A stretch of DNA of 64,000 bases. It comes from an uncultured bacterium. Lineage in GTDB: Bacteria; Patescibacteriota; Minisyncoccia; Moranbacterales; UBA2206. Positions 36,499 to 44,321 of this stretch are shown piece after piece. The notes beneath the pieces were generated by a model. The model worked only from the letters and a program-made list of their open reading frames with translations, was not told the DNA's origin and did not search any database. The position numbers were made by a program, and so were the translations under genes. Position 1 is the first letter of the stretch, and each line of letters starts with the position of its first letter. The stretch spans positions 62,746 through 126,745 of the forward strand of contig CAIZXS010000005.1 of NCBI GenBank assembly GCA_903937035.1, written 5' to 3'.

Positions 36499-37242
36499 AT
36501 GCCAAATAGACAAGACAGTATGTTTGCGGATACTGCCGCAATGTATGATGCTAAGGCTAATGAATATGCCGAGGCAGCAAGGCGAGAGTTGCGAGAGCTC
36601 ACGCTTCAACCAGCGTTGATCAAGCACCTGGGCAATCTGAGCGGAAAGAGGGTATTGGATATCGGTTGTGCAACCGGAAATTCGAGTCGCCTGGCTCTTT
36701 CGTGCGGAGCGCAGGAAGTGGTCGGTATAGATTTCTCAGAAAAAGAAATTGTTACCGCGAGAGAAATTGATAAGGGCAGGTCGATCAAGTATTTTGTTCG
36801 AAATGCTGCGGATGATTTGAGCGATTTGGGAAAATTTGATTTCGTAACAGCCATCTTGTCTGTGCATTACTGCACTGAACGAGCGATGCTGGAAAAAATG
36901 TTTCGTAATGTGCAAAAAGTGCGCAAGCCCAATGGAAAATTTCTGGCAGTCGTGGTCCCGTTCTCTTCTTATGATGGTTATGGAGTGAAAATCTCATCAC
37001 CAACCGGCCAAGAAGGCGAGCCTTCGAATGTTTCTCTTTCAGATTTTCAGGGCAAGAAGTTTTTGGACTTCGATGATATTTATTGGAGCGAGAAAACATA
37101 CCAGGAAGTCCTGAAAAAAATCGGTTTTTCTGTCGAGTGGCTTCCGTGCATTGTGTCGGGAGAGGGAATCCAAAAATACGGCGAAGGCTTTTGGCAGAAG
37201 TTTCTGGATGACCCAATCTATAAAATATTTTTGGCAAAATAA
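36499..37242 (+). CDS. Class I SAM-dependent methyltransferase
   Basis: VLDIGCATG, VVGIDFS, FDFVTA..SVHY, KPNGKF. Confidence 0.92.
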   Translation: MPNRQDSMFADTAAMYDAKANEYAEAARRELRELTLQPALIKHLGNLSGKRVLDIGCATGNSSRLALSCGAQEVVGIDFSEKEIVTAREIDKGRSIKYFVRNAADDLSDLGKFDFVTAILSVHYCTERAMLEKMFRNVQKVRKPNGKFLAVVVPFSSYDGYGVKISSPTGQEGEPSNVSLSDFQGKKFLDFDDIYWSEKTYQEVLKKIGFSVEWLPCIVSGEGIQKYGEGFWQKFLDDPIYKIFLAK

Positions 37243-37277
37243 GAAAGGAGAAAAAGATTTCTTTTGCAGGGAAAATT

Positions 37278-37311
37278 AAAAGGAGTTGCATGGCGTTGCG
37301 ACTCCTTTTTT
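37278..37311. terminator. Bidirectional intrinsic terminator
   Basis: aaaaggagttgca...tgcgactcctttttt between the methyltransferase and polA. Confidence 0.7.
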
Positions 37312-37340
37312 CTTTGCTTTTTTTCTGGCGGAAGTGTGAG

Positions 37341-40067
37341 TTATAGTTCTCCCCAATTATCTCCAATTTCAACATTGGCGACTAGTGGAACGCGGAGTGT
37401 GTAGGCTTTTTCTAGAATCGTTTTGATTTTTTGTGCCACTTCCTCGGCCAGCTCTTCCTTTACTTCCAAAATAATTTCATCGTGCACTTGGAGAAGCATT
37501 GCGACATCAGAATTATTTTCAAATTCTTTCGCCACATGGAGCATGGCGATTTTCATAATATCAGACGCGAGGCCTTGAATAGGCATATTGATCGCCATGC
37601 GTTCGGCGGCACTTTGGACTTGAAAGTTGGATGAATTAATTTCGGGGATATAGCGACGCCGGCCGATTTCTGTTTCGACGTAGCCGAATTTTTTGGCAAA
37701 TTCTTTGGTTTCGCGCATGTAATTGGCGACACCTTGGAATTTTTCAAAATAGGCGTCGATAAATCGTTTAGCATCATCACGCGAGATGCCGGCGCGAGCG
37801 GAAAAACCAAATGAGCCCATGCCATAAATAACACCGAAATTTAATTCTTTGGCAGTGCGACGAATCTTGTCCGTTACTTGTGAAGGTGTCAAATTATTGA
37901 TTTCAGCCGCGGTGGCGCGGTGGATGTCTTCGCCATTGTGGAATAGCTCAATCATTTTTTTATCTCCACTTACATGTGCCACAACGCGCAAATCAATTTG
38001 TGAATAATCGGCGCTGACTAATTTGTAACCATCTTCGGCGACAAAAGCGGTGCGAAGAAGTTGTCCGAGATCGGTGCGTGTGGGAATATTTTGCAAATTT
38101 GGATCGGATGAGGAGAGACGACCAGTCGCTGTGACGGCTTGATTGAAAGTGGAATGCAAGCGTGAATTTTTGTCGACCATCAGTGGTAATGTGTCGAGAT
38201 AGGTATTTTTTAGTTTGGTGATTTCCCGGAATTCTTCAATTTTTTCAATAATTTTATGCTCACCGCGCAGTTTGTCTAGTTCTGCGGAAGCGGTGGAGAT
38301 GACGCCGGATTTCCCCTTTTTGATGTTACCGACAGGCAGCTGCATTTTTTCAAACAAAACTTCTGAGAGTTGTTTTGGCGAAGCAATATTAAACGTCGTG
38401 CCAGACATTAAATAAATATTTTCTTCCAGTTTTGCAATGCGTTTGGTGATCGTCTGCGAAATGCCGGAAAAAATCAGCGTGTTTAATTTGATACCCTTTA
38501 TTTCCATTTGTGCTAAAACCTTAGCAAGGGGGATTTCTAATTTAGCATAGACTTCACTGAGTGTATTTTTTACCGCATTATTATTTTCAACCTGTTCAGC
38601 ACTGATTTTTTCGATTGCCTCTTTATGGATTTTTTTTAGTTTGAAAATGTAGTCTGCGATAGCACAATTTTTCTGAACTATTTCTTGGGCACTTTCAATT
38701 TCAAGCCCGAGTTGTCCCTTTTTTAAATCCTCTTTCATTTCTTCTTGCAAAAATTCCGCCACAAGATCGGAAAGAGTTATTTTTCTGCCCGGACTGAGGA
38801 CATAGCTGCTAAGTAAGATATCAAAATAGTTTCCAGCTAAGTTGATCCCAGCCTTTTGCAAAATCTCAAAATCACTCTTAAGGTCAAAGCAAATTTTCTC
38901 CGACTGAGGATTTTCCAAGAGTTTTTTTATCTCGGAAAATATTTCTGTATTTTCTAGATCAAAATAAATTGCCCGGCCAGTTTTATAGCCAATGGCAATG
39001 CCGGAGAGGGTACTGGTATGGGCGGTCGCCCCGTTAGTTTTTAGTTTTATAGCTAATTCTTCTTGGTCCATCAAGCTTTTCATTAGTTCTCGGAAGTTGC
39101 TTTGGTTGGCTAGCTCAAATTTAAAGTCTTTTACGCCATCAGTTTTTTTCAAGGCGGGATTGCTATCGTTCGTTTTTGTTTCGGGGATATTGCCGAGCAA
39201 GCGTTTTTTGAGACTATGAAAATTCAGCTCAGTAAAAAGTGCCACTAATTTTTCTTTATCAAAATCTTTTGTTATGGACTTTTCCAGATCAAGCGTGACT
39301 GGAACCTCTCGGGAAATCGTGGCGAGACCCTTGCTTTGAATGGCAATCAAGCGATCTTTTTCTAATTTTTCGCGCACTGGTTTTTTGATCTCTTCCAAAT
39401 GGGCATAAACATTTTCCAATGTGCCATAGGTTTTTAAAAGATCAATAGCGGTTTTCTCGCCAATCCCTTTTACGCCAGGAATATTATCCGATGGATCACC
39501 GCGCAGACCCTTGTAGTCAATCAATTGTTCCGGCGCAAGTGAAAAGCGTTCAAAAATTTCTGCCTTGCCATAGAGCACGGAATCAGTCAGGCCTCGGCGC
39601 ATTGTGTAAACTTTTGTAACATCATCAACGAGTTGCAAAGTATCCATGTCACCAGTGACAATAATCGTTTGTAATTCTTTGCTGTTTTCTTTGGCTTGTT
39701 TTGCTAGCGTGCCAATCACATCATCAGCCTCAAAACCGCTGACAGCATAGATTGGAATGCCAAACGCCTCGGTCACTTCTTTGACACGGGGGATCTGGGC
39801 ATATAGTGCATCATCCGCCTTCACGCGCGTTGCCTTATACTCCGCATATTCGATGTGGCGAAAAGTTGGTCCGGCCAAATCAAAGGTGGCAATGATATAT
39901 TTCGGCTCGAATTTAGCAATAATGGAAAGCAACGTCGAAGCAAAGCCATAAACCGCATTCACTAGCTCGCCATTTTTCGTTGTGAAGGGGGGGAGAGCGT
40001 GATATGACCGATGAATGATGGCATTGCCATCAATGAGGATGAGTTTTTCGGGTTTGATTTCAGGCAT
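37341..40067 (-). CDS. polA: DNA polymerase I
   Basis: 5'-3' exonuclease LIDG...R.YHA, EADDVIGT, GD.SDNIPGV.GIGEKTA; polymerase TGRLSS.DPNLQNIP, ADYSQI.LR, AK..NFG..YG, QVHDE. Confidence 0.98.
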   Translation of the reverse strand: MPEIKPEKLILIDGNAIIHRSYHALPPFTTKNGELVNAVYGFASTLLSIIAKFEPKYIIATFDLAGPTFRHIEYAEYKATRVKADDALYAQIPRVKEVTEAFGIPIYAVSGFEADDVIGTLAKQAKENSKELQTIIVTGDMDTLQLVDDVTKVYTMRRGLTDSVLYGKAEIFERFSLAPEQLIDYKGLRGDPSDNIPGVKGIGEKTAIDLLKTYGTLENVYAHLEEIKKPVREKLEKDRLIAIQSKGLATISREVPVTLDLEKSITKDFDKEKLVALFTELNFHSLKKRLLGNIPETKTNDSNPALKKTDGVKDFKFELANQSNFRELMKSLMDQEELAIKLKTNGATAHTSTLSGIAIGYKTGRAIYFDLENTEIFSEIKKLLENPQSEKICFDLKSDFEILQKAGINLAGNYFDILLSSYVLSPGRKITLSDLVAEFLQEEMKEDLKKGQLGLEIESAQEIVQKNCAIADYIFKLKKIHKEAIEKISAEQVENNNAVKNTLSEVYAKLEIPLAKVLAQMEIKGIKLNTLIFSGISQTITKRIAKLEENIYLMSGTTFNIASPKQLSEVLFEKMQLPVGNIKKGKSGVISTASAELDKLRGEHKIIEKIEEFREITKLKNTYLDTLPLMVDKNSRLHSTFNQAVTATGRLSSSDPNLQNIPTRTDLGQLLRTAFVAEDGYKLVSADYSQIDLRVVAHVSGDKKMIELFHNGEDIHRATAAEINNLTPSQVTDKIRRTAKELNFGVIYGMGSFGFSARAGISRDDAKRFIDAYFEKFQGVANYMRETKEFAKKFGYVETEIGRRRYIPEINSSNFQVQSAAERMAINMPIQGLASDIMKIAMLHVAKEFENNSDVAMLLQVHDEIILEVKEELAEEVAQKIKTILEKAYTLRVPLVANVEIGDNWGEL

Positions 40068-40144
40068 AGTGGTTAAATAAAAAAGCCATTAAAATTTAAT
40101 GGCTTAATTATAGCAATTGAAACGAAAAAATGCACTATTGATTG

Positions 40145-40345
40145 CTATTCGCGTTCTTCAATAAATTCTTCTCCTGTCTCCGGGTCGACTCTGTCCAGAT
40201 ATTCTTGCTCTCTTTGTTGTTCTAGGGTAAATCCCTGAGCTTGTTTTTCGCGTAGTTGCGCTAAATCTTCCTCAGTTTTCTTTCTAGCTTTTTCTTCTAG
40301 TTGTTTTCTGACTTCGTCAGCTGAGGGCATTGATAATTCTCCCAT
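40145..40345 (-). CDS. Small acidic/coiled-coil hypothetical protein
   Basis: 66-aa ORF with a plausible TGcTATACT -10 upstream and a hairpin downstream (40082-40105). Confidence 0.55.
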   Translation of the reverse strand: MGELSMPSADEVRKQLEEKARKKTEEDLAQLREKQAQGFTLEQQREQEYLDRVDPETGEEFIEERE

Positions 40346-40469
40346 ATGTTTTGTTGCTATTAATTATTTAAGACTAACTCTTAGCAATTTAAGTATAGCA
40401 GATTTTTACTCCCGAAGGAATGAGTTACGCTTCCTAGTTAAGGTGGAATAATTATAAAACGAAAGTCAA

Positions 40470-41237
40470 CTATGTAGGTGCCATCTTCCACAACGCTTCA
40501 AACCAAGCACGGTTCATCCCATAGATATTTTTGTCTTCGATGAGGATGGAGATGGTATTGCTTTTGTCAAAAATCTGGTAGGAAATTTTGCCGTCATAAA
40601 TTTGGATGTTGGATTTGAACGGATCAATAAGATCATTGAGATAGCGGATTTCTGTGATCGCGTCATATTTATCATCCGACGTGCCAAAGGTAATTTCCGG
40701 TTTTTTCCCCGCGCGTAGAATGCGTTTTTTGAGGCCTTTATATTTTCTTTTTCTTTTATACTCATCATTGATTGCCTTAAACTTTTCTTCCGTTTGCATG
40801 GCGTTGGTGTTTATGAAAAGCAAAATTTCTGTTTTGGAGGTGAGGGTATCGTCGAGAATTTTTTGCATCCCTTCTTCACCTTCATAGAATTTCACCCCAG
40901 GTTTATTGAGCGTAATGTTATAGCTGGAAATGAGACTGGGCAGAGTATCTTCAAAAGTTTTTTTATCTTGATTGAGTTCAGCTTCTTTGTTCTCCAGAAT
41001 TTTCTCCAAATTACGCGGATGAGTCGCGCGCCACTTCGCCACTTCTTTTTCCTTTTCGATTTTTTCCACCAGATTTAGCGCAAGCAGTTCTTCCAGGGCT
41101 TTATAGGCCACTCCGCGTGGATGGTTAGCAATCTTTGCCACATCGCTGGCCTTCGTTTCGCCATGCTCAAACAAGCAATCCAGCACAGCGGATTGGGTTT
41201 TGGTGAGGCCGAATTTTTGGAGTTGGTCGTTAAACAT
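40470..41237 (-). CDS. TrmB-family transcriptional regulator, copy 3
   Basis: LQKFGLT..Q..V...L...G...ASDVA......RG.AY..L..L....LV, KPGVKFYEG.EG, I.IYDGKI, ILIED..I......FE.LW. Start likely at the ATG at 41237. Confidence 0.9.
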   Translation of the reverse strand: MFNDQLQKFGLTKTQSAVLDCLFEHGETKASDVAKIANHPRGVAYKALEELLALNLVEKIEKEKEVAKWRATHPRNLEKILENKEAELNQDKKTFEDTLPSLISSYNITLNKPGVKFYEGEEGMQKILDDTLTSKTEILLFINTNAMQTEEKFKAINDEYKRKRKYKGLKKRILRAGKKPEITFGTSDDKYDAITEIRYLNDLIDPFKSNIQIYDGKISYQIFDKSNTISILIEDKNIYGMNRAWFEALWKMAPT

Positions 41238-41300
41238 TAGGTTGTTCGCTTCATGAACCCCGCCTTCTAGCGGGGACATACGAATTAGTATTCGCCATGG

Positions 41301-41342
41301 ACAGGAGCTGAGCTTCTGGAGCTCCAGAAGCTCAGCTCCTGT
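41301..41342. repeat. Perfect 42-bp palindrome
   Basis: acaggagctgagcttctggag|ctccagaagctcagctcctgt is its own reverse complement. Confidence 0.9.
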
Positions 41343-41358
41343 TTCGCTAGCTATTATT

Positions 41359-42051
41359 TAAGGTGCCAAATTGGAACCTTAGAAATTTAATCCTTTTCTA
41401 TAGTATTGTCATAAAATCCAATTCTCTTTTTTGGCTCAGTATCTTCTTTCATCAGCCGCGCAATCATTTGAAAAACAACCTTGAAACTCTTGTCATATTT
41501 ATTTTCCATCAGCTCAACTTTTTCACGCAGTTGCTTGTGAGTGGACAAAATCTCTCGCAGTTTTACAAAAGTCCGCACAATTTGGATACTAACCGCCACC
41601 GCGCGCTTGCTTTTGAGAACGGCAGAAAGCATCGCGACGCCTTGCTCGGTGAAAACATAGGGAGCATATTTCAGATGTTGTCCACGACCTTTCTTCAAGG
41701 TCACAAATTGTGACCTTGAAGATTTGTTATTGTTTAAGATTCCATTTTGGAATCTTAAAGATTTTTTGTCACTTGAGGTCACAAATTGTGACTGCAAGTT
41801 TTCATCGTTCAAGGTGCCATTTTGGTACCTTGAAAATGCGGTAGCCTCTTTTTCACTTAATTGAAACATGAAATCTTTTGGAAATCGGTCAATATTTCTT
41901 TTAACAGCTTTATTTAAATTTCCTGTGATTACGCCATAAAGTTCAGCTAAATCTCGGTCAAACATCACCTTTTCCCCGCGAATAAAGTAAATTTGGCTCA
42001 TTATGCGTTCATCGGGGACTGCACTTGAGGTTCCATTTTGGAAGCTCAAGT
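41359..42051. repeat. Six related 23-31 bp palindromes in and beside the ORF6N gene
   Basis: Copies at 41359-81, 41692-722, 41733-59, 41771-99, 41808-34 and 42023-51; approximate consensus TYAAGGTNMCAWWTTGKNACCTTRA. Confidence 0.85.
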
Positions 42052-42088
42052 TTTCTTTCTTGGCCATATTTTTTGATTTTTTAGACAT
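41387..42088 (-). CDS. ORF6N-domain DNA-binding protein
   Basis: IY.IRG.KVM.DRDLAELYGV.T..LN.AVKRN..RFP.DFMFQL, PYVFTEQGVAMLS.VL.S.RA..V.I.I.R.FV.LR, C-terminal RIGF. Confidence 0.92.
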   Translation of the reverse strand: MSKKSKNMAKKENLSFQNGTSSAVPDERIMSQIYFIRGEKVMFDRDLAELYGVITGNLNKAVKRNIDRFPKDFMFQLSEKEATAFSRYQNGTLNDENLQSQFVTSSDKKSLRFQNGILNNNKSSRSQFVTLKKGRGQHLKYAPYVFTEQGVAMLSAVLKSKRAVAVSIQIVRTFVKLREILSTHKQLREKVELMENKYDKSFKVVFQMIARLMKEDTEPKKRIGFYDNTIEKD

Positions 42089-42211
42089 TTTATACTCTAA
42101 TTCTAGCAGGTTTTTGCATCTTTGTCAACATTGAAAATGACAATATGCAAGTTAAGATAAGCCAAAATAGTCTTTTATGTTAGGGGGAATGGTGACAAAA
42201 GTCTAAAAATG

Positions 42212-42252
42212 CCATAGTTTCTATGGACAAAATGGTGAAATTCTGATATACT
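42212..42252 (+). promoter_or_regulatory. Sigma70 promoter with a palindrome over the -35 (cassette 3)
   Basis: CCATAG-ttt-CTATGG; TGGACA(42224)-17-TATACT(42247)ACGC with TGn. Divergent promoter TTGACA(42128-23)-17-TAGAAT(42105-00). Confidence 0.7.
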
Positions 42253-42257
42253 ACGCA

Positions 42258-43333
42258 GTCAAGATGAATCACCGAAAAGAGAAGGTGGTCGAAGAAGAGA
42301 GAATCTTCACTTGATAAACAAGAGTACCTTAAATCAAATAATGTATCCCAATTGTCCTGGAATCTCCCAATCTTCGAAAGAAGAAAAGGAATCCAAGACG
42401 AAACGGATCATTGAATGGCACAACGAAACAGCCGGCATACCAAAGTCCTATGCAATCCTAAAAGGATAAAGAAGAGAGAAAAGATAGTTCCATAAATCAA
42501 TATCATTGATTTGTAGAATTTCTTTAGGACACGGCCAACAAGGTTGTTTCACATTTCGCGAGCCATCGCGAGATGGAAAGTGGTCTCCGGTTCTAATTTT
42601 TTTTTGGAATCGGAAGCAGGCTTTCCAAAAAAAGCCTAAAGTACATTTGATTTACAAATAGTAAAGAAGAAGAGAGCTAAAGATGAATTTTTTTTCAAAA
42701 AAAATACCAATTCGTCTTTAGAAAAATGTCAGTGATAGTTCATTTTGATTTTTCGTCAAAATCTCTCTTCTTCGAAAATCAAAAGAGCTTGTCTCACAAA
42801 TGGTTTTCATCGCGAAAGTTTCCATTTTTGAGCGAAAATTGTGAAAGACGAGGAGGAATATTGAACATATTCCGACGAATCTTGAACAATTTGCAGCCAA
42901 AAATGGGAGCTTGTAGTAGGAAAGCATTTGCGAGACAGGCTCTATATCACTGGCATTTTTGTGAATTGAAGGAGAGAGCAATTCATAAAAAAAGAAATGT
43001 TCTTTAACAATTGAATAGAAATTAGATTGATTTTTCCCCGCAAGGTTCTTTTTCGAAAAGAATCTGACGGGGGAAATGTCAATTAAAAAAAACTCTTTTT
43101 TCGAAAGTAAAGTTGCGATAAATCCTTGAGTAATGGGACGCGACGAAGGCAATGGAGTTTTGTCGGAGTAATTGTTTAATAAAAGTCCACCAAAAAAAGG
43201 ACATAATAAAAGCGAGAAAGACGAGACAGAGGAGCCACGGGAAAAGGAAAAAAATTGGACTTTCAGTGAAGTGCTTAGTCAGCACTGAGAAAGTCCCGGC
43301 CACATAGCGGCCGTAATTCTTCGAAAGGAGGAT
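42258..43333 (+). ncRNA. Candidate large structured RNA / very long structured leader
   Basis: Many nested helices, e.g. 42723-38/42945-59, 42785-807/42920-42, 42816-30/42898-912, 42677-89/42709-21, 43027-40/43068-82, plus GAAA-capped hairpins at 42371 and 43316. Confidence 0.6.
42341..42469 (+). CDS. Possible 42-aa leader ORF (cassette 3)
   Basis: MYPNCPGISQSSKEEKESKTKRIIEW...; same position as the other leader ORFs and weak SKEE..K.K..I.E similarity. Confidence 0.25.
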   Translation: MYPNCPGISQSSKEEKESKTKRIIEWHNETAGIPKSYAILKG

Positions 43334-43336
43334 GCT

Positions 43337-43921
43337 ATGAATACAATGAGAACAGTATTATTGAGATCCCACTGGACAGAGTTAGTCATTGGGGTTTGTA
43401 ACCTCAATGACCGCCCCGACCCCCTTTGGGCTACCGCCTCTGGTTGCGGTGGCTGGGAAACTGGTTTGGACGGGGGTGGAAATGTCCACTCCCCGTCAGA
43501 ATGGGGAGTTATTTTTTCTCGGGCCCACTGGGACCGGGAAGGGGTGGAGGACCTCTGGGTTCTCCGAGTTCATGAAAAATTTTCCCAGGAGCATAATGAC
43601 CACTCTTGGGAGGCGGTGTACCGGCACCGCAACCCAGCCAAGCTGGGAAAAAATCCTCCCAATTGGGAGGATGATGGCTTCTGGGAAGAAGCCGTCATGA
43701 ACAAAGAACTCTGGGAGCGGGTCGAAAACCCACCCCTGGATGTTCTGGGGGTGCTACAAAGGGCACTCGCTTTGTCCCGCCGGTCGTGGGGGCAAGGGAA
43801 TTTTGATAGACTCTTTGGCGAGGAGGAGTCACCTGCTTCGGCGGGTGATGTTGTTGAAGGAATAATCGTCGTACCTCGGGCAAAGTCCCGATACGACGAG
43901 GAGTATGAAAGCGAAGTTTAG
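43337..43921 (+). CDS. Trp/Glu/Gly-rich hypothetical protein (ORFan-like)
   Basis: 194-aa ORF with a GGAGG RBS; visibly more G+C-rich than its flanks; no recognisable domain. Confidence 0.65.
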   Translation: MNTMRTVLLRSHWTELVIGVCNLNDRPDPLWATASGCGGWETGLDGGGNVHSPSEWGVIFSRAHWDREGVEDLWVLRVHEKFSQEHNDHSWEAVYRHRNPAKLGKNPPNWEDDGFWEEAVMNKELWERVENPPLDVLGVLQRALALSRRSWGQGNFDRLFGEEESPASAGDVVEGIIVVPRAKSRYDEEYESEV

Positions 43922-44197
43922 CTTTCATGATCCCGACACTGACAAGTCGCTAAACTGTCACGAGAGAGCCACTTGTTAAAACTTCTTTGAACCGTCTTCA
44001 TAAAATTGTCCAGCGTTGAGTTATCCATACTCAAAGCACCATGGGACCCACGCCACCGATTCAGTCGGTCGGCAAGAAGGCGGCAAGGTAATTTCTTTTG
44101 TCTAGTTCTTTCCCAAAAAGAAACTAGACGCCCAATCCGAGTCGGGCAAAAGACTGGGATAGCTGGCTCCGGCGATCGGATGGGCAAAACCACAAAT

Positions 44198-44240
44198 AGC
44201 GGAAAGGATGTCCACCATGACACTTTTCCGCTTTTTTATT
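44198..44240 (+). terminator. Intrinsic terminator closing cassette 3
   Basis: agcggaaagg...cttttccgct plus U-tract. Confidence 0.65.
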
Positions 44241-44321
44241 GGGGAAAATTTAGAAATTTTGATAAATTGCGCTATTATAATAAAATTAGCTTGCAACAGT
44301 TTAATATTTAAAATAAAAAAT

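Noticed and set aside
41692-41834. CRISPR array
   Set aside because: Repeats are non-identical, spacers are only ~10 nt, the array is in frame inside a CDS, and no cas genes are present.
42718-43303. ORFs 42718..43152(-), 42726..43007(+) and 43079..43303(-)
   Set aside because: Low-complexity F/K/S-rich translations with no RBS or domain; better explained as by-products of the inverted-repeat-rich structured region.
43286-43312. GAGAAAGTCCCGGC resembles the RNase P RNA GAGGAAAGUCC motif
   Set aside because: No matching 3' ACAGAA.CCGGCUUA strand was found and an SD-led ORF follows directly. A cmsearch with RF00010/RF00011 would settle it.
42258-44240. Group I or group II intron
   Set aside because: No GUGYG start, domain V or P7 consensus recognised; no interrupted host gene; the ORF lacks RT, LAGLIDADG, HNH and GIY-YIG motifs.
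26161-44240. Prophage
   Set aside because: ORF6N and the Cys-rich ORFs are phage-like, but there are no integrase, terminase or capsid genes, and housekeeping genes are interspersed.
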